Positions 19,665 through 34,499 of a stretch of DNA of 64,000 bases are shown here, piece by piece. The notes under the pieces were generated by a model. The model was not told the origin of the DNA and searched no databases. It worked only from the letters and a program-made list of their open reading frames with translations. The translations under genes were made by a program, and so were the position numbers. The stretch's first letter is position 1. The number at the start of each line of letters is the position of its first letter. Origin of the DNA: Trichinella spiralis (lineage: Eukaryota); NCBI RefSeq assembly GCF_000181795.1, contig NW_003526941.1, positions 626,266 through 690,265 on the forward strand, given 5' to 3'.

Positions 19665-22600
19665 TTAAAAAGGTCGGTAGGAATGTTCTTTCACAAATTT
19701 CAGCAAATCGCTCTGCGTGACCGGAAAACGGATACTTTCTTTCACCGCTAATAATAAAAATAAAAATTCAACAATTTCCCCACAAAATACAGATTATGCA
19801 AGAAAAATTATTATTGTTATTATTATTATCACTACTACTTTGTGCATATTATCCTAATTTAAAAAATGTCTTTTTTAAAAATTATTTCATTATTCATTAG
19901 CATACTATTCCAAACTAACTCTACAGTAATGCAATTACCATTTTCATGTTAGACAACCAATAAAAAATCTACAGTACACATTGCATAGTTAAAAAGAAAA
20001 AAAATCGAATGGGATACAATTATTAAATTAAAAACGTTACAATTAAATTTAAACACAACTTAATTATTTCAAAAATAATTTTGCATAAATCAACAATCCG
20101 ACTGATCTACATAAAATTGATATTTAGTACAACGAAATGATAAATAATTTGACCATTCACACCTTGAGCAGTTTGATAAGAATTGGGCGAATCCTTATCT
20201 GTCCGTTCTCTCAGAAACTTCCAAGCTCCATCCGCCACAGTACACTCGATGATTTTTCCATCGTATTTCATCAAATCTTTGGTCATCTGAAAAATGAATT
20301 TCTTTTTTTCACACCAAAACAACCAAAACGAGTTCATCAAATTGGTAAGTAAAATCAATTTTTACAAAATAAAAACATTTTCAAAAGTGTATTAGGTGAA
20401 AGTAAAGTTGCAATTTCATTAACAAACAACTCAATACTTTTATTTGTTCTATTTATACAATTATAACAACCACTTTAACTATACAAATTTAAACCAAAGT
20501 AAAATATACACGTGGCTCTTCACATCACCTAATATCTGATTATTATTAGTCACATTATTATCAATAACAATGCCATTTTTTTCAAAATTAATCGCTGTTT
20601 ACTTTTTTGTATTACGGTACCTTGTGTCAGCATTGGAAAACTGCAATATTTTACTTATCCAAATGAAATCATCACGAAAATTTGAAAATAATTTATTAAT
20701 AAACTTTATACATAATGCACGAAATGTACAAAGAATTTCCTTTAAGTCGCGTTAAGAATTAAATTTACCTTTATGTAATCAAATGGCGCGTGCAAACCAG
20801 TAACCATGAGATGACCGATCAACGTTCCCAGACTACTGAAAATTAAATCATCACATATAAAAACTGAATATTCTTTTAAAAACAGTTTACACATTTAAAA
20901 TCAAGATTATAAAATTGCACAATTCGTTACAACTGTAAAAAACAAAAGCTTTACTAAAAAATAACTCACCCTGGTCGAGTGTCTTTTTTAATATGCAACA
21001 AAAAATCGACTGAATTCAACTCAGGAGGCTTCCATTTCAAAAGTTTCGGACTACTTCCACCTCTGTAAGGCTGTGTAAAACGAAAAGTCAAGTTGAAATA
21101 ACAAAATCAACACTGATTCTTTTTTGCATACATCATTCACAGGTTGGAACACAACTCCGTCGGTTTCGTGGAGAACAGCTTCCAAAAACTTGGGACCAAG
21201 TAGCTGAAAATATTTTTTTTCGTATAATAAATCTTTCCCACAATAATCATGTCAATTAATCAACATCATCAATGAGAAAGTGAGTTAATCAAATCATCGC
21301 AAAATCAATAAATTAATTACGTTCCAGAATGTTTATTAGATTATCTCCAGTATGGAAATTAACCTTTTTTCATGGATTAAAAATAAAAAGCAGAACAAGC
21401 GTATATTTGATTATTTGATTAATTTTCATATACTGTACTTTTCGCACAAACAGTGAAACACCACTATTAATGACAGTCAAATTCTCTTCAATAACAAAGT
21501 TAATAGAATAGATAAGAAGTTAATGTTATGAGAAAAAAATTCATAATTGAATTATAAAAAAAGTCTTTTCACCTTTTCAACACAGGATATGTCATAAAAG
21601 TCTTTTCGACGAACGCCAAACGGTTCCCTGGACTTGTCTAATTTTCCTTTTTGAAGAGCCAGATTGCGAGGATCAATGATTTCTTTTTGAATAATCCTTT
21701 CTCGATCATAATAAGAAAGATTCACCACCGATGTGCCCTAAAATTCTTAAGTTATAGCTCGACGAAAAGCAATATAGCTCCTCAGGTTTTACTAATATTA
21801 CATTGATGGCCATAACGTCATAAATGAGGTAACGTGGATATATCACACCATTCAATTTGTCTAATACAAGTTCCTGAAAATATAATTCATAAAGTCCAGG
21901 TGATATGTTAAAACTTGTTATTATTGAGAATTAAATTTAACGAACGTACGCCATCCACTAAAGTTTGTTTCGGTGATGCTGATAAATCGGGCAGGAAGAA
22001 GCTTAATCCAGGAACGGAGAAAATATTATTTTTACGATCGATCATGAAAACGGCGTTTTCATTGTCAATTAACATCATGTATCTAAGATTGAAATCAAAA
22101 ATTATTAACAAGAATAGCATTATTACATATACTGTTTACCGAGTTCCATCAGCTTTCCAACTAACTTTATACAATTCTTGAGCCAATAAATTGATATTAT
22201 TGCGATCCATGGACACTGGCTGTGCTCCTGGAAACGCTTTCCTAAACCATGTATACATTCTAATGTGATCCCCACAAATTTGTAAAATATGAAACGACGA
22301 TAATGTTATAAGTTTTTACCCATCGTAATGACAAATATTGCCACAGAACTGTTGTATGCGACGTATAGTATCATGATCTGTTACCTGGGTTGAACTGGGT
22401 ATCCCGTTCGCGTATGCAGCCTTAAATAATTAGAAAAGAAAGAAACTCTTATCTACTTCTTATTCAACTTATCTATTTCAAATTAACATTTACAACTTTA
22501 ACGCTTCCAGAAGTTTCACCCGTCTCTTCCTCCTCGACTGAAATATAAATGAGTAAAAACATTTGTAAGAATGGCATTAATAAATATCGTACCCCCTGAC

Positions 22601-23540
22601 CAAACTGGCAAAGTTGGTGCTATTGGCGTTGCCTCTTCTTCATCAAATCGCTTGAAAATTTCATCTAAATAATCCTGCTTGTATATACCAGGTGGGCGTG
22701 CACGTGCAAATTCGCTAGCAGCAGCATCAATGCTAAAAAAAGACGTAAGCTTCACAAATTTCTTAAATAATAGCATTTCCTTTTCTCATGAAAAATTAAG
22801 ATAAGAAAATTTAGCTTCAATTAAGTATGTGAATTGAAGAAAAGTCGCTAAACTTACCTCCAGTCATTCACAACAACCAAATATGAGCAGATCAAAAATC
22901 CCGTGCGGTTGAAACCATGGGTACAATGAACAGCTAAAATCTTTCAATTAGATAAACCTTTATAATAAAAGCTAACACCTATTATGCTGCCTGGGTTTAA
23001 TTCCAAATGCTCTTGGCATAAATTCACAAATTCATTGACGGTTTGTTGTGAAGGGCATTCTCCAAACCTGACAATCTCAAATGCAATAAATACTGTATGC
23101 GAATGAATCTAACTGTTACCCTTTGCAATTTATTTTCTTGTAAACGACACCGTGACGTTCGATTTCATCCCTGCCGTAAAACCTTGTAGTGTTTGTCAAA
23201 TCAATCCACAGTCCAATTGTCTAAAAATGTATTCATGAAATTTCATCATAAATAAAACTCAAAATTCTTCTAATTTCAAAAACAATAAACGTCATTACTT
23301 TATCAGAATATTCGCTCTGCAAAACCATGTTTGGCGTAAAGCGGTGCTCTTCTGGCACAGAGTCATTGTATTGGGCAGAAAGTGGAGTTTTGAATGGCAA
23401 AAAAATTCCTGAAAATATAACTTTGAAACATTTAACAATTCAACATGTGAAAATTTAAACTTTAGGAAAAACGTACCTGCAACCAAATCCCCTTTGCGAG
23501 GGCATTTTAACCATCTTGCTGGTGGACCCAATTGTGCCAT
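19665..23540 (-). CDS. RNGTT: Bifunctional mRNA capping enzyme (RNA triphosphatase + guanylyltransferase), multi-exon
   Basis: [12 protein letters not shown] start, phosphatase loop [35 protein letters not shown], motif I WKADGTRY, HETDG, KWKP, RERTDK. Last exon ends HSYRPF-TAA at 19665-19667. Confidence 0.96.
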
Positions 23541-25275
23541 CTTGAAACAGTCTAACTGCGACAAAACTAAGTTAAAATCGGTAGCTATGATGCACGATAA
23601 ATTTAATAATAAAACATAATATATAAAATAAGATATAAGGCTCGTATATATATATTAAAGATAAAATATTTTTAACATTCAAACCAAAGGAATATTACAA
23701 TAACCAGACGAGGCAGTGATTCATTTTATACATTTACAATTTAGCTAATTTCCAAACCCATAATTTCAAAGGTATGCATCCGCTGAAAAAACATTATGCA
23801 GAGAAATATTAGAACATTATTACCAAAACCTATAACAGATACATAATTATTTATTAAACCTAGCCAACACTGTTAATAAATATGATTTAAATAAGTTCTA
23901 GCGGTTTGGATTAGTAGCTTGCTGACGCGACGTAATAGAACATTTTTCTCAAAATAACGTGTCTTTGTAACTTATGAAGTATAATAAAATATAAATCTGG
24001 TATATAACTCATGCATTACAAAAAATTTCAAAGTTATAAGCATTAAGACTTACCTCAGTCGTATGAATAACAAGTGAGCTGTTCCTATAAAAATACAGAT
24101 ATGGAAAACTGCTCTATTATTTAAATGTTATTTCAGAAATTGTAATAATTATAAAATTAACAAAAAAATTAACAGTAGTACGTGCCTCGTCTTCCAAAAT
24201 GAATTTACTTGTGCTACCATAAATAGATAATCAAGCTCAAGTTAATTTTACCAAAATCAGTAATAAAAATAATTACAAAATAGATGTTTATTTCTACTTG
24301 AATAATAATATAATAAATTTATAACCTGAAATATATTTATTTCAGATGTTATTTCACGCCATTTATTGATCCTTGCTTCTTTTTATTTAACTTAACAGAA
24401 TATACAAAATTGAATAGTTTGCATTACATTTTTTTCGGGTGTTTTTTAAAGATATATTTATAATATTTTTTTAACTGTTATTAATTATAAGAAATGCTAA
24501 TAGTGTTAAAACTTTATTTTAAACAAAACGGATTTTGTCACTGTTTTATTTTATTCATTTTACAAAAAAAATAATAATCATAATTTATTTAGGTATAAAT
24601 CGTTAAACAGTAAAAACATTAAAATAAATAAATAATATTGCATAAATTTTTCAAAAAAAATCAGTAAGTTTATTAATGTACAACTGTAACTTACTTTTTG
24701 TGACGTAATTCTAACTGCTTCCTCAATGATTTTTATTGACCTTTTGAGTTTTCAAAAGTTTGACTTTCATTCATCGATTACCTTGATATATATTTAAGGT
24801 TTACCTATATTTTTGACACAATCAGTGAAAAAACGGTTGTAGTTCTTTGAAATAAAAAAGCGGAACATGCATGCAATGAACAAAATTGATGTAATAAAAA
24901 AAATTTTGAACATCTGACAAGCGGTAAGCTTTTGTAATATAACATTTACCATGCTCCAGAGCATCTGGTATTAAAGGTCACCTAGAAGATGAAATGATGC
25001 TATTTATTTATTAATTAATGCAGCTGTTACGATTGCTGCTTGCATGTTATCAGCTATTTTGTACGTATAGTGCTTTATAATTAATTATTACTGTATTACA
25101 TTTTGAATTCATACGTGTAGTTAAGTTCAAATATAATATAAAACAACAAATCCATGCAACATAAAATTGTTTATTATAAATAAAACAAACAAACAAGTGA
25201 ATATAATAACGCAGTTATGAAAAATAAAATGGAAATTACCGGGTAGAAGAAAAACTGTTTGTTTGTAAAAAATTG

Positions 25276-26262
25276 TCATTGACCAATATCGTTGGAATTG
25301 ATGTAGTGAGAAGATGGGGCGTAGGTAGATTGTGAAATGAGACTAGCAAGCGTTTGAGAGCCGAAATTGGCGTAGGTATTTTGATTATCCACACGATCTT
25401 GATCAGATTGAACGAGCTGTGAATTATTCATCTGTGGGCTATAATCGTCGGCAATGTCCGGCTGAAACACTTGCACTTGGACATTGCCTCCAGTTGACAA
25501 CAAGTTAGCCCTATAAGCAGCGCACTGTTTCAAATAATCCTTCTTGGCCATTTCGGTTTTCTGTTTGTACGCATTCTTGGAATCAGCAGCTAAATTATCC
25601 CACATGGCGGCGACAATTTTCGACACTTCACCAAACGTGGCATTGGGATTCTGGCCTTTGATAGTTGCCTGAGTGTCGCGGAAGAACAACGCGTATGCGG
25701 ATACGGGCTTCTGCGGTTCGTTTGGATCTTTTCTTTTATTTTGTCGACGTTTCGGTGTTCTCGATTTTACAACGGTCATCTTCGAAGTCGGACTATTTTC
25801 ATAAGTCAAATTCTTATGATTCGACAACAATCCACTGGTTTCATCCAACACTGTAGGGGACGTTTGATAGATGTTGTTGATAAGGGGTAGAAACGTTGAA
25901 CAGCCGCCGTTGTTATCCAAATGTTGTCCAACATCTTGCTGTTTCTCATTTCCATTGAAGAAAAGATATTCTTTCATTTCACTTGTATTTTGATTATAAT
26001 TGATAAAATCGGAATTATTATTCATACAATGACCATAATAATGCTGCTGTTGCGTTGGTTGTAACATTGTTGTTGTTGGTGGTGTGGTTGTGGTTGTCGG
26101 TTCGTAAAAATAATTTCCCGTGAAATCTGTAGTGCGAATAGGATTGGAATATGCAGCAATGGTGGTCAGAGTTGTCGAGTCATTATTATTCACTTCTTCT
26201 GGCTTGTAATTCAAATAGTTCATCGTATTTTTGCACAGTGAATATCCAATGTCCACAAGCAT
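25276..26262 (-). CDS. TOX-family HMG-box protein (single long coding exon; true start uncertain)
   Basis: [47 protein letters not shown] is the characteristic TOX HMG box, preceded by the basic NLS-like KRRQNKRK. Confidence 0.92.
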   Translation of the reverse strand: MLVDIGYSLCKNTMNYLNYKPEEVNNNDSTTLTTIAAYSNPIRTTDFTGNYFYEPTTTTTPPTTTMLQPTQQQHYYGHCMNNNSDFINYNQNTSEMKEYLFFNGNEKQQDVGQHLDNNGGCSTFLPLINNIYQTSPTVLDETSGLLSNHKNLTYENSPTSKMTVVKSRTPKRRQNKRKDPNEPQKPVSAYALFFRDTQATIKGQNPNATFGEVSKIVAAMWDNLAADSKNAYKQKTEMAKKDYLKQCAAYRANLLSTGGNVQVQVFQPDIADDYSPQMNNSQLVQSDQDRVDNQNTYANFGSQTLASLISQSTYAPSSHYINSNDIGQ

Positions 26263-29200
26263 CGACTGGACAATCTTGTCTGAATGCTGTCGGTCAAGAA
26301 TTAAAATACAGAAAAAAAAGTAATAATCTCAAATAGAGGAGAATAACAATCGGCTGAGCTGGCCTGCGTCCAGCGGTCCCGGCGCTGACGTAAACTGAGA
26401 CAAAGGCTCAAAGAAGACTACAGAAAATGGGATGGCGCAAGAGGACCAATCAGCCAATCAGCAATTCGATGACCCTGAATCGGTAAGGCTAACAACAAGC
26501 ACGTGTTTTCCGTGCGACCTTTTGAACTGCCAGTTGAAACAATGTCGCAGATGTCGTTTTCGCATGTCCACATGTCTGGAGCTCATTATTTCCATTGCAT
26601 CACACCAGACTATAGCTAACTAGCTCCTTCTTTCTTGCTTGGAAGAAGAAATTGGCAAAAAATCAGAAAAGAGACAATAGGGAAAAAAAGAAAATATTCA
26701 TATTTGGAAAAAATGGGGAAAAAGACCAAAAAAAAACTTTAATTTGTCTTATTTAAATTATTTTTGCGTTGTTTTTTCAGTAAACTCAAAACTGTCTGCA
26801 AGGTCAAATGAAGTTTTTTGATATTAATCTATTTCAATTCATTCAACATCAGACATTTCCACTATTGATCAACTGAACGAGAACAAAGAAAAAATTTATT
26901 GAAATAAAAAACAAAAGATGTTTTTTATAATTAATTAAAAGTAATTTTTCCTTTTCCTCATAATTTAAATTTTTACTTTTCCTTTTCCTTTTGATATTGC
27001 GGCAGTTGGTTGTTCTTGTGACTGAAACTTGCACGTCAATCATTTTCAGCTAATTGCACTGAAATTGGACGAAAAGCCTAAAACGACAACAGCTGTTTCA
27101 CCTAGCATCTGGAAGATTTCTTTATTTCGAATTCGATTTGACAAACAAACAAAACAGCTGTCCAATTTTTATTATGCAAAATGTAAAAAATAAAATAAAA
27201 TCGAGGCTATTCAACAATGATATTGCATGTTTGAGATTTGAACAATTTTGCCAAGGTTATCTACTAAGCGGTGAATTGAAAAAATGATATTATTGTACAT
27301 TTGAAAGTGATTTTCAACAAAAACTTATGATGAGCCGATTTCAAATCAAGGAAGCACAGTGCATTGAAGAAAAACCACCAACAATCAACTGTTATTTGAT
27401 ATTAATTTTATTAAAAATTTTAATACGATGAAAAATATTTCAATTGTTCAATCAATTTAATTTTCCACTCGTTTTCGTTTGAATTTTGCATCTTTAATTC
27501 TTAATTATTAATTACTGTAATTTCATTAGAAAAGTACCATTTTACTAATTTGAATTGTTGTTTCAAGTGGTAATAATTAATAATTATTATATGGTAATAT
27601 AATAATAATTACATAAGAGATTTTTTTTAGTATTAATAGTTTTTAATTTTAGCATTTCTTTTTATCAAAGAAGAAACGTTCAAAATGAAAACAGTCAATA
27701 ACATTATTGATCAGCAACTTTTGACAGATTGGTTAATTATTAAAAAAAAACAATCATTGACAAGGTAAGATTAAAATTTATTTCATCTAGCCCAATTTGA
27801 ATAGAAAACACGTGTCGCGTGAAATATTGCAACGTGATTTTTTTCAATAAGCATTTATGATTGAAATTCTGCAGGCATTTTTTAAATATTAAGATTTAAA
27901 AATAAAAAAAGTTTTTCTCTTGGTTCCAATGTGTAAATGCTAATCAACGTTATATTAAAACCAACTTTGATTGTTATCTTTTTTCAAATTATGAAAATGA
28001 ATGTTTCATACGCAAGTGGTAGTAGTGGTTAAGTTCGTGTTATGTGAAAAATGCACATAGATGTTGAGCATTGAATTAAAAATAATTTTTTTGAAAGAGC
28101 AAGGAAGTTTAAAATACCAAATGAATTCGAAATATTTGCCAAATGCGCCTTGCTAGATTGAAGTGTCTAAAGCAAATTAGTGAAGAAAAAAAAGTATTTG
28201 TGAATTTACTTGATGATGACATTGCGCACTGAGTTTGAAAGAATTTACAAATTAAAATATTGAAATACTTTAATATTGTACCTATATATATTTTTTTAAT
28301 GTTTAAAGGGAAAATTTGTAATGAAAAGAAAAATTCCGTTTTTCATACTGTATTACTTTGTCTGCGTTTTAATAAGGAAAACCATTGGCGGAAGATGAAG
28401 TATTATTTATAAATATTTGAAAGCATTTATCAAATTTAATGAAATTTAAAATGGCTGAAATATAAAATATGCATGTATATAAGAGTGAAATTTTTTTAAT
28501 ATGAAAATATCAATATTCCTTGCAGGATAAAAAAGTTTGTGTAATTCAAGTTTTGATTAACGACAAATTACTCAAGATTAGTTTCGTTTCAGTACTATAA
28601 ATGCGGTTTTCTTCTACGCTTTTAATTAATTGTAAATCAGGTAACAGAATTGTACGAAGGTAATCAATTAAATATGAGTTAGTTTTTCATGGATTGCCAT
28701 TTTGTCATAATAACAAGATCAAAAAAATGTCAGAGAAAAATGTTAATGCAATAGACGCAATTGAATTATGTTGAATGTCGTTATTATCAAATTATAATCT
28801 GAAAATTACCGTCAGAATATAGAATAAATGACTTAATATGTGTAGCAATAAAATTATTTTAAAATGAAAGTTCAATTTGAGGAAAATAAGTTTTTGTTTT
28901 CACAGATATTTACATTATTCCAACGAGGAAGTTGTATTATTATCTAGAGCTAATGAATGTCTGTTATTTAAAGGTTAATTATGCAAACTGACTATGACAT
29001 GAGGGCAAAGTGTAACAAACAGTTTTCTTTTTATTGAACTGTTCAACAAATGAAGTAGTTATTAAGTGGCTTTGTGAAAGATTTTTCATAAGCATTAATT
29101 AATTAATTATTTACTTATTTATTTGTCACTTGATTTGTCAGCATTTTAGATAACATGCATTCCAATTATTTTGAAATCCACTTCAAGTTTATGGAACAGA

Positions 29201-29949
29201 ATTGCGAGGTTTTTTTTATTATATTTAAATTATTGTATTTTTACAACTTCAGAACAAGATGTATTGTTAAGGGAGATTAAAATAAATAAATAGCTACTAT
29301 GTATAAATTTTATGCTGCTTTTAAATGATTGCAGAGAAGACAAAATTACACAGATTTATGGTGTAAGAATTTTTCGAAAAATAAATTCAATAAAAGCTAA
29401 TCATTTTTACATACAATTTTCTAATGCACTTACAGAGTTTTGCTAAACGGTTCAGCTGGAGAACAATGTAGTCTTTGAATATTATTTTTATTTATAAATT
29501 ATTGAGCACTGTAAGAGATGTTTGATAGTTGGGAAATTTTGCAAATGCGAAAATTTGAGATATACCTTTATTTCTTTTTTATTAGCATTATTTCGAAATG
29601 TTGGACAACATTGAATGAGAAGCAGCGGTGAAGACATGCCAGTACGGTTGATGAACAAAATTGATATTCACGTGAAGAGATTTTGTGAACAGGTAAGAAA
29701 AACAAAGTTGATCAGTTAAGCTAAACGGCAATGGAAATCAATTTTTCTTCAACACAAACGGCTACGTAGAGAACAAATGCTCTGTTTGCCGATTTTGGCA
29801 ATTGGCTGGCTGGTGTGTGCATTGGGTCGCATGAGCCTTTTCAAGGGATCAATTTAGATTAAACGATTGCTTTAAGGGTCAATAGAAAATGCAAACCGAG
29901 TGAAGTGGGAGATATGAGAAGGAGCCGGAAAATGTTAATTAATAAAGTT

Positions 29950-31062
29950 TTAAAGGTTTGTTGCTTTGGCGACATAGCCCAGCAGAAATAGCTTTGCAAA
30001 AATGGTGAACAGTGTATCTTTAAGCAGAGGTGAGGCGGAATTAGCATTAGCAGCGGTTGAACAACTCAATTCTGCGGTTGGGACTTTTTTGAGCGATTGA
30101 AGCAACAGATGACTAGGCGATGCACTGTAACATTTGAGCAGCTCGACGTCGTCAATTTTTGCGCTTGCTCTTAGCCACTCTAAATAGGCAACTGCCTTGC
30201 AATCACAATGAAAAGGATTCTGATATAAGCTGACAGCACAGGATTCAGGAAGTTGACTCACCAAACGCATAAAGTTGACGTCAATACGGACAAATGCATT
30301 ACGACTGAGATCCAAACGGACCAGCTTCTGCAAACAAGCGGGTTCCAAATCTAATACGTGCAGATTATTGTCTGCTAAAATTAGCTGTTTCAATGCCGGC
30401 AATGAGCAGGTCAATCTGGGAGGCAACCAATCTAGATAGTTCCAACTCAAATCCAGATGCTGCAGTTCACAAAGTTTAGCCCGTTCCAAAATCGACTGTA
30501 GCAAACCCAACTGCTGTGTTACGTTCATTGGAAATCGAAACGCTTTGCGCAGTCGCAAGCTTTGTAAACTTTTCAGAGGTTGTAACAAACGTACAGCAGC
30601 CGCATCGAGAATAATTTCATTGTCCGTTAGATCCAAAAATCGCAAATCAGGCATGCCTTGAAAAGCGTCCGGATCCATGTTGACAAAATAATTGGCCGAT
30701 AAATTGAGCGCAATCAGTCTCGGATGGTTGCTGGCCGGACCAAATACATTTGTCGGCAAATGGACAAAATTATTACCCTGGAAGTTGACAGATTCCAGAA
30801 AGGGAAAGTGAATTTTTGAAATTTGAAGAAATATATCAGTATCTGTAAATTGACCATTTATACATTCAACAGCTACGGCGGTACATTTGCAAGGTAGTGG
30901 CAGTACTCCTTTACATCCATTGTCTACCTGAGAAGAAGATGTGAGGCGATTGCCACTGCCGCTAGCGACTGACGCAGATGCTGCCGTTATTTGTAGAACA
31001 TCCCATTGAAAGGTGATCGTGTACAGTGTCAAAATCCAGCGATTGCATATTTCAGAGATCAT
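29950..31062 (-). CDS. Intronless extracellular leucine-rich repeat protein, 5T4/TPBG-like architecture, probable GPI-type tail
   Basis: LRRNT (PCKCTAVAVEC), several LxxLxLxxN repeats, LRRCT (NPFHCDC...WL...LKC), then small residues (STAANANS) and a terminal hydrophobic stretch. Confidence 0.85.
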   Translation of the reverse strand: MISEICNRWILTLYTITFQWDVLQITAASASVASGSGNRLTSSSQVDNGCKGVLPLPCKCTAVAVECINGQFTDTDIFLQISKIHFPFLESVNFQGNNFVHLPTNVFGPASNHPRLIALNLSANYFVNMDPDAFQGMPDLRFLDLTDNEIILDAAAVRLLQPLKSLQSLRLRKAFRFPMNVTQQLGLLQSILERAKLCELQHLDLSWNYLDWLPPRLTCSLPALKQLILADNNLHVLDLEPACLQKLVRLDLSRNAFVRIDVNFMRLVSQLPESCAVSLYQNPFHCDCKAVAYLEWLRASAKIDDVELLKCYSASPSHLLLQSLKKVPTAELSCSTAANANSASPLLKDTLFTIFAKLFLLGYVAKATNL

Positions 31063-34000
31063 GATGTCATTTCAAAAGTACGGTCAATCTCCATCATTCT
31101 ACAAGCAGTGCTATTAGCGGTGCATTGTAAAACATGTGAATGCGTGCAATGGGCTGAGCTGGACAGGGATCGGCAAACGTGGAAGCGAGCTTTTCAGTCG
31201 AGCCGATCGATTTCCGCTTGCTTTCTCTTCCTCAGCTCTCGTTCACTTACTCTGTCTCTTTCTCTTTCCAGCTAGCTAGAGCTAGCTAGTCTCGTTTCTC
31301 CTTGGCCATTTCCAACTACCGACAGCAGCACTGGCAAAGCACGTCAGCTAATTCGATCGATGAGCACGTGAATTTTCTCTACATATAAACAAAATTTTAT
31401 AGACTGTTTTTATTATATACATATATATGCATATGTGTGTATAATACAAGATTTTCTAATAATTTTATCATAATTTTATCGAGCAACAATAAAATAAAGG
31501 AAAAAAGCAACAACAACAACAGCAACGAAACTGAAACACTGAAATTTCTCATTTTTACATATTAAAGCTTTCTGACACCGCAGGTGCCATGTGCATGTGT
31601 AGGCAGACAGTGAAGTGTATAATGATTAACTGGTTTGGGTAAATTTTCAAACAACAATCGATTTAAAGGATCAATCATTGTGGATCAAATCAAAAATTCA
31701 TTGTTTCATACACCGGGGAATTTGCCTAAAACCATCTAACATAACCCACTGTTCAACAGAGGTCGTTTAAAGCCGTTTATGAAAAATCGATGCTAAAATT
31801 AATGCAGTAGAAAAAGGAGCCGTTCACGATGCATCATATCTTAAATAAAATCATATTATATGTATATATGGGCTGTTTTTAAATTGTTTTATATTTTTTA
31901 TTCAAAAATGTGAATTTTTACAATTTTTTTACAAAACTTATTTTTTGAAATGATAAATATGTACATTATATTGCTGTTTGTTTTAATCATATTATTAGCA
32001 GTGAGTCAATTGCCTGGAATATTGCGTTTAAAATCTTTTACTATATTTCACTTTGCTATTATTTTTAATCGTCAATTAAAGTTGAATAATTGAAATATAT
32101 TATTATATGTATGTGAAAATAATTTCAATGTTTAAAGTAATAGTATATGATTCTTTTATTGTAGCAACTGTAAAACTACCATGACAACCAATGCTGACAC
32201 AACCGCATACCGAATCCAAAGCTGAACAGCAATGCTAAATATAATGAATGCAGCGAATAATTGTGAAAATTCTAATCATACCAGTTACGTTTTACGACCA
32301 AATTTCCAAAAAAAGTATGCATTTTATTCTACTTATATAATAATATACAAGTTTTATATTATTCTCATTGTAGGTTTCAACCGGCAAAGTTGAGATCGTT
32401 AATTCACAACAAAGTGTTGGATATTTTATCTGACATGTATGAATATGACTCAAATGTAGCAGATGAGAAAGCGGAAAAAATTTCACTTGAAATACGGAAA
32501 AGCTTAAAAGGTAAGAAAAACAATCAATGCAAACTTTTCGTTTTATCGATTTGATGATTTCGCATTTTAGAATTGAACTTAGATGGTTACAAATTTATCG
32601 TGGAAACATTAATTATTGAAAGGCGATGTCAAGGAATTAAGTACGTTTATGAATCTCTGTAGAATCTTTTCATTTATTATAGTAATTTTATTTTATTTTT
32701 TCAATTTATTTTTATTTAATATGTTTATAATGGAAATTTTGTGATGTCATGATAATGATGTAATTTTATGTAATAATTTTAGCATTGTATCGCACAACTT
32801 TTGGGATTTGGACACGGACAACTGCATCAGCGAAACTATTTATGGAAGTAATTTTATTTGTATGGTAACAGCACTTGGTATTTTTCATTATTAATGATTA
32901 AAAATGTATAAAAAGGTTTAAAGCATTATTGATCAGTGTGAATCCATTAGTGTTAAATGTACCGGTTCAACTGATCATTCATTAAACAAACACTTATTAC
33001 ATTTTCATCATTACGTGAAATATTTATATAAAATAGTGTCATGCTCAATTAAATGGACAACAGTTATTATTATTAAAAGCATTTATTAAACTTAATCAAA
33101 TTATTTGAAATTTTATTTTCAATTGAACGACTCAATTTGTTACTTCAGAAATAATAGTGAGTAGAAAGTTTCAAATATGATATTGAAATATTGACGTAAA
33201 AGCAGCATTAGCATTAACAGAATGTAAATGAATGCAAAATCTTTGATTTTGCTGATTTTTTGAAAAAAATATCAAGCCAGTTGTAATAAAGCAAAGGATT
33301 CATGTGACTATTTTGCTTAATTAATTGTTTCATTTGTAATATAAATTTTTATTATTTTTTAAATTAATAACAGAAATAGAGAAAATGTCAAATTTTAGTG
33401 CTATTAGAGAAAAAAATTTATATGTTGAAGCTTATATGAAATGATCTGATGGATGGGATTATATGATTAGCATTATGAGTTGTTATGCTTGTTTAAAATC
33501 GAACTTCAATTAGCCAAATGATGAAAACTTTTATGACAGTTTTTAAAATAATAAAAGCATTTTACAATTAAATTTATATTATTATTATTAGGGATATTTT
33601 TTTTTATTCGAAAGATTTATAATTTCATGATGCTCAAAGAATAGTTTAAAATGAAGGAAATTTCAATGCTTTGTTTTGCAAACTTCTTTAGCATTTCATT
33701 CAAAACTAGAATTTTTATTTCAGTTAAACTAGACCAAGTTGTTTAATGGGTAATTTATTTATAAACTATTTCATAATTTATTTTTGAACCATTTGACGAT
33801 AGTATTATTTTATTATTATTTTTGGAAGTGCGAAATGTCAAAGTGAATGAAAGTAAAATGATTAATGAACAAAGTTGAAAATATCGACTGAAAATATTTC
33901 ATTTGAAAGTTGTGTAGTGGTGCAACAAATAAGTTGCAGTAAACAAATGCATAAAATGAGCAGTAGTATATGCTAATTCTTTTTAGAAAAATGAAATTCA

Positions 34001-34499
34001 CTGCATTTTGCTCTTTGCTCTTAGAAAGTAAATTTAGTTGCAAAAATTTCAACTTTTCAAGAAAGTAGAATCCAGTATGCTTTTGTAGTTAATTTTATGA
34101 AAGCTTTGAAATTATTTCGATAAACGAAAGTTTATAAATCAAATGTTTTTATTGAAATTACAGCTACATGTATATAAACCAGTGATAATTTGTATTCATG
34201 CAAATAACAAGTGTTTGATGTTTTGTGCATACTTGGTAGATATTTCACTTGTATTTGGAGTAATAAGTGAATTGTAGAATCTTAGTTTTATTGATTTCTT
34301 TGTTATATATTTTATTTGTTTAGCAAAAGTTAATCGAAATGCAAAATCATTATTGTTTATTGTTGTAATAAACAATTGCATAATTTTTGAAGTTAGGATA
34401 ATTTACTGCTCTTGTATAGATGTACATTGGAAAGCAATTTCAGTGTTGAACTACAGTTAAATAAGCGATATTGAAAAATAGTTGAAAAACTGAATGAAA

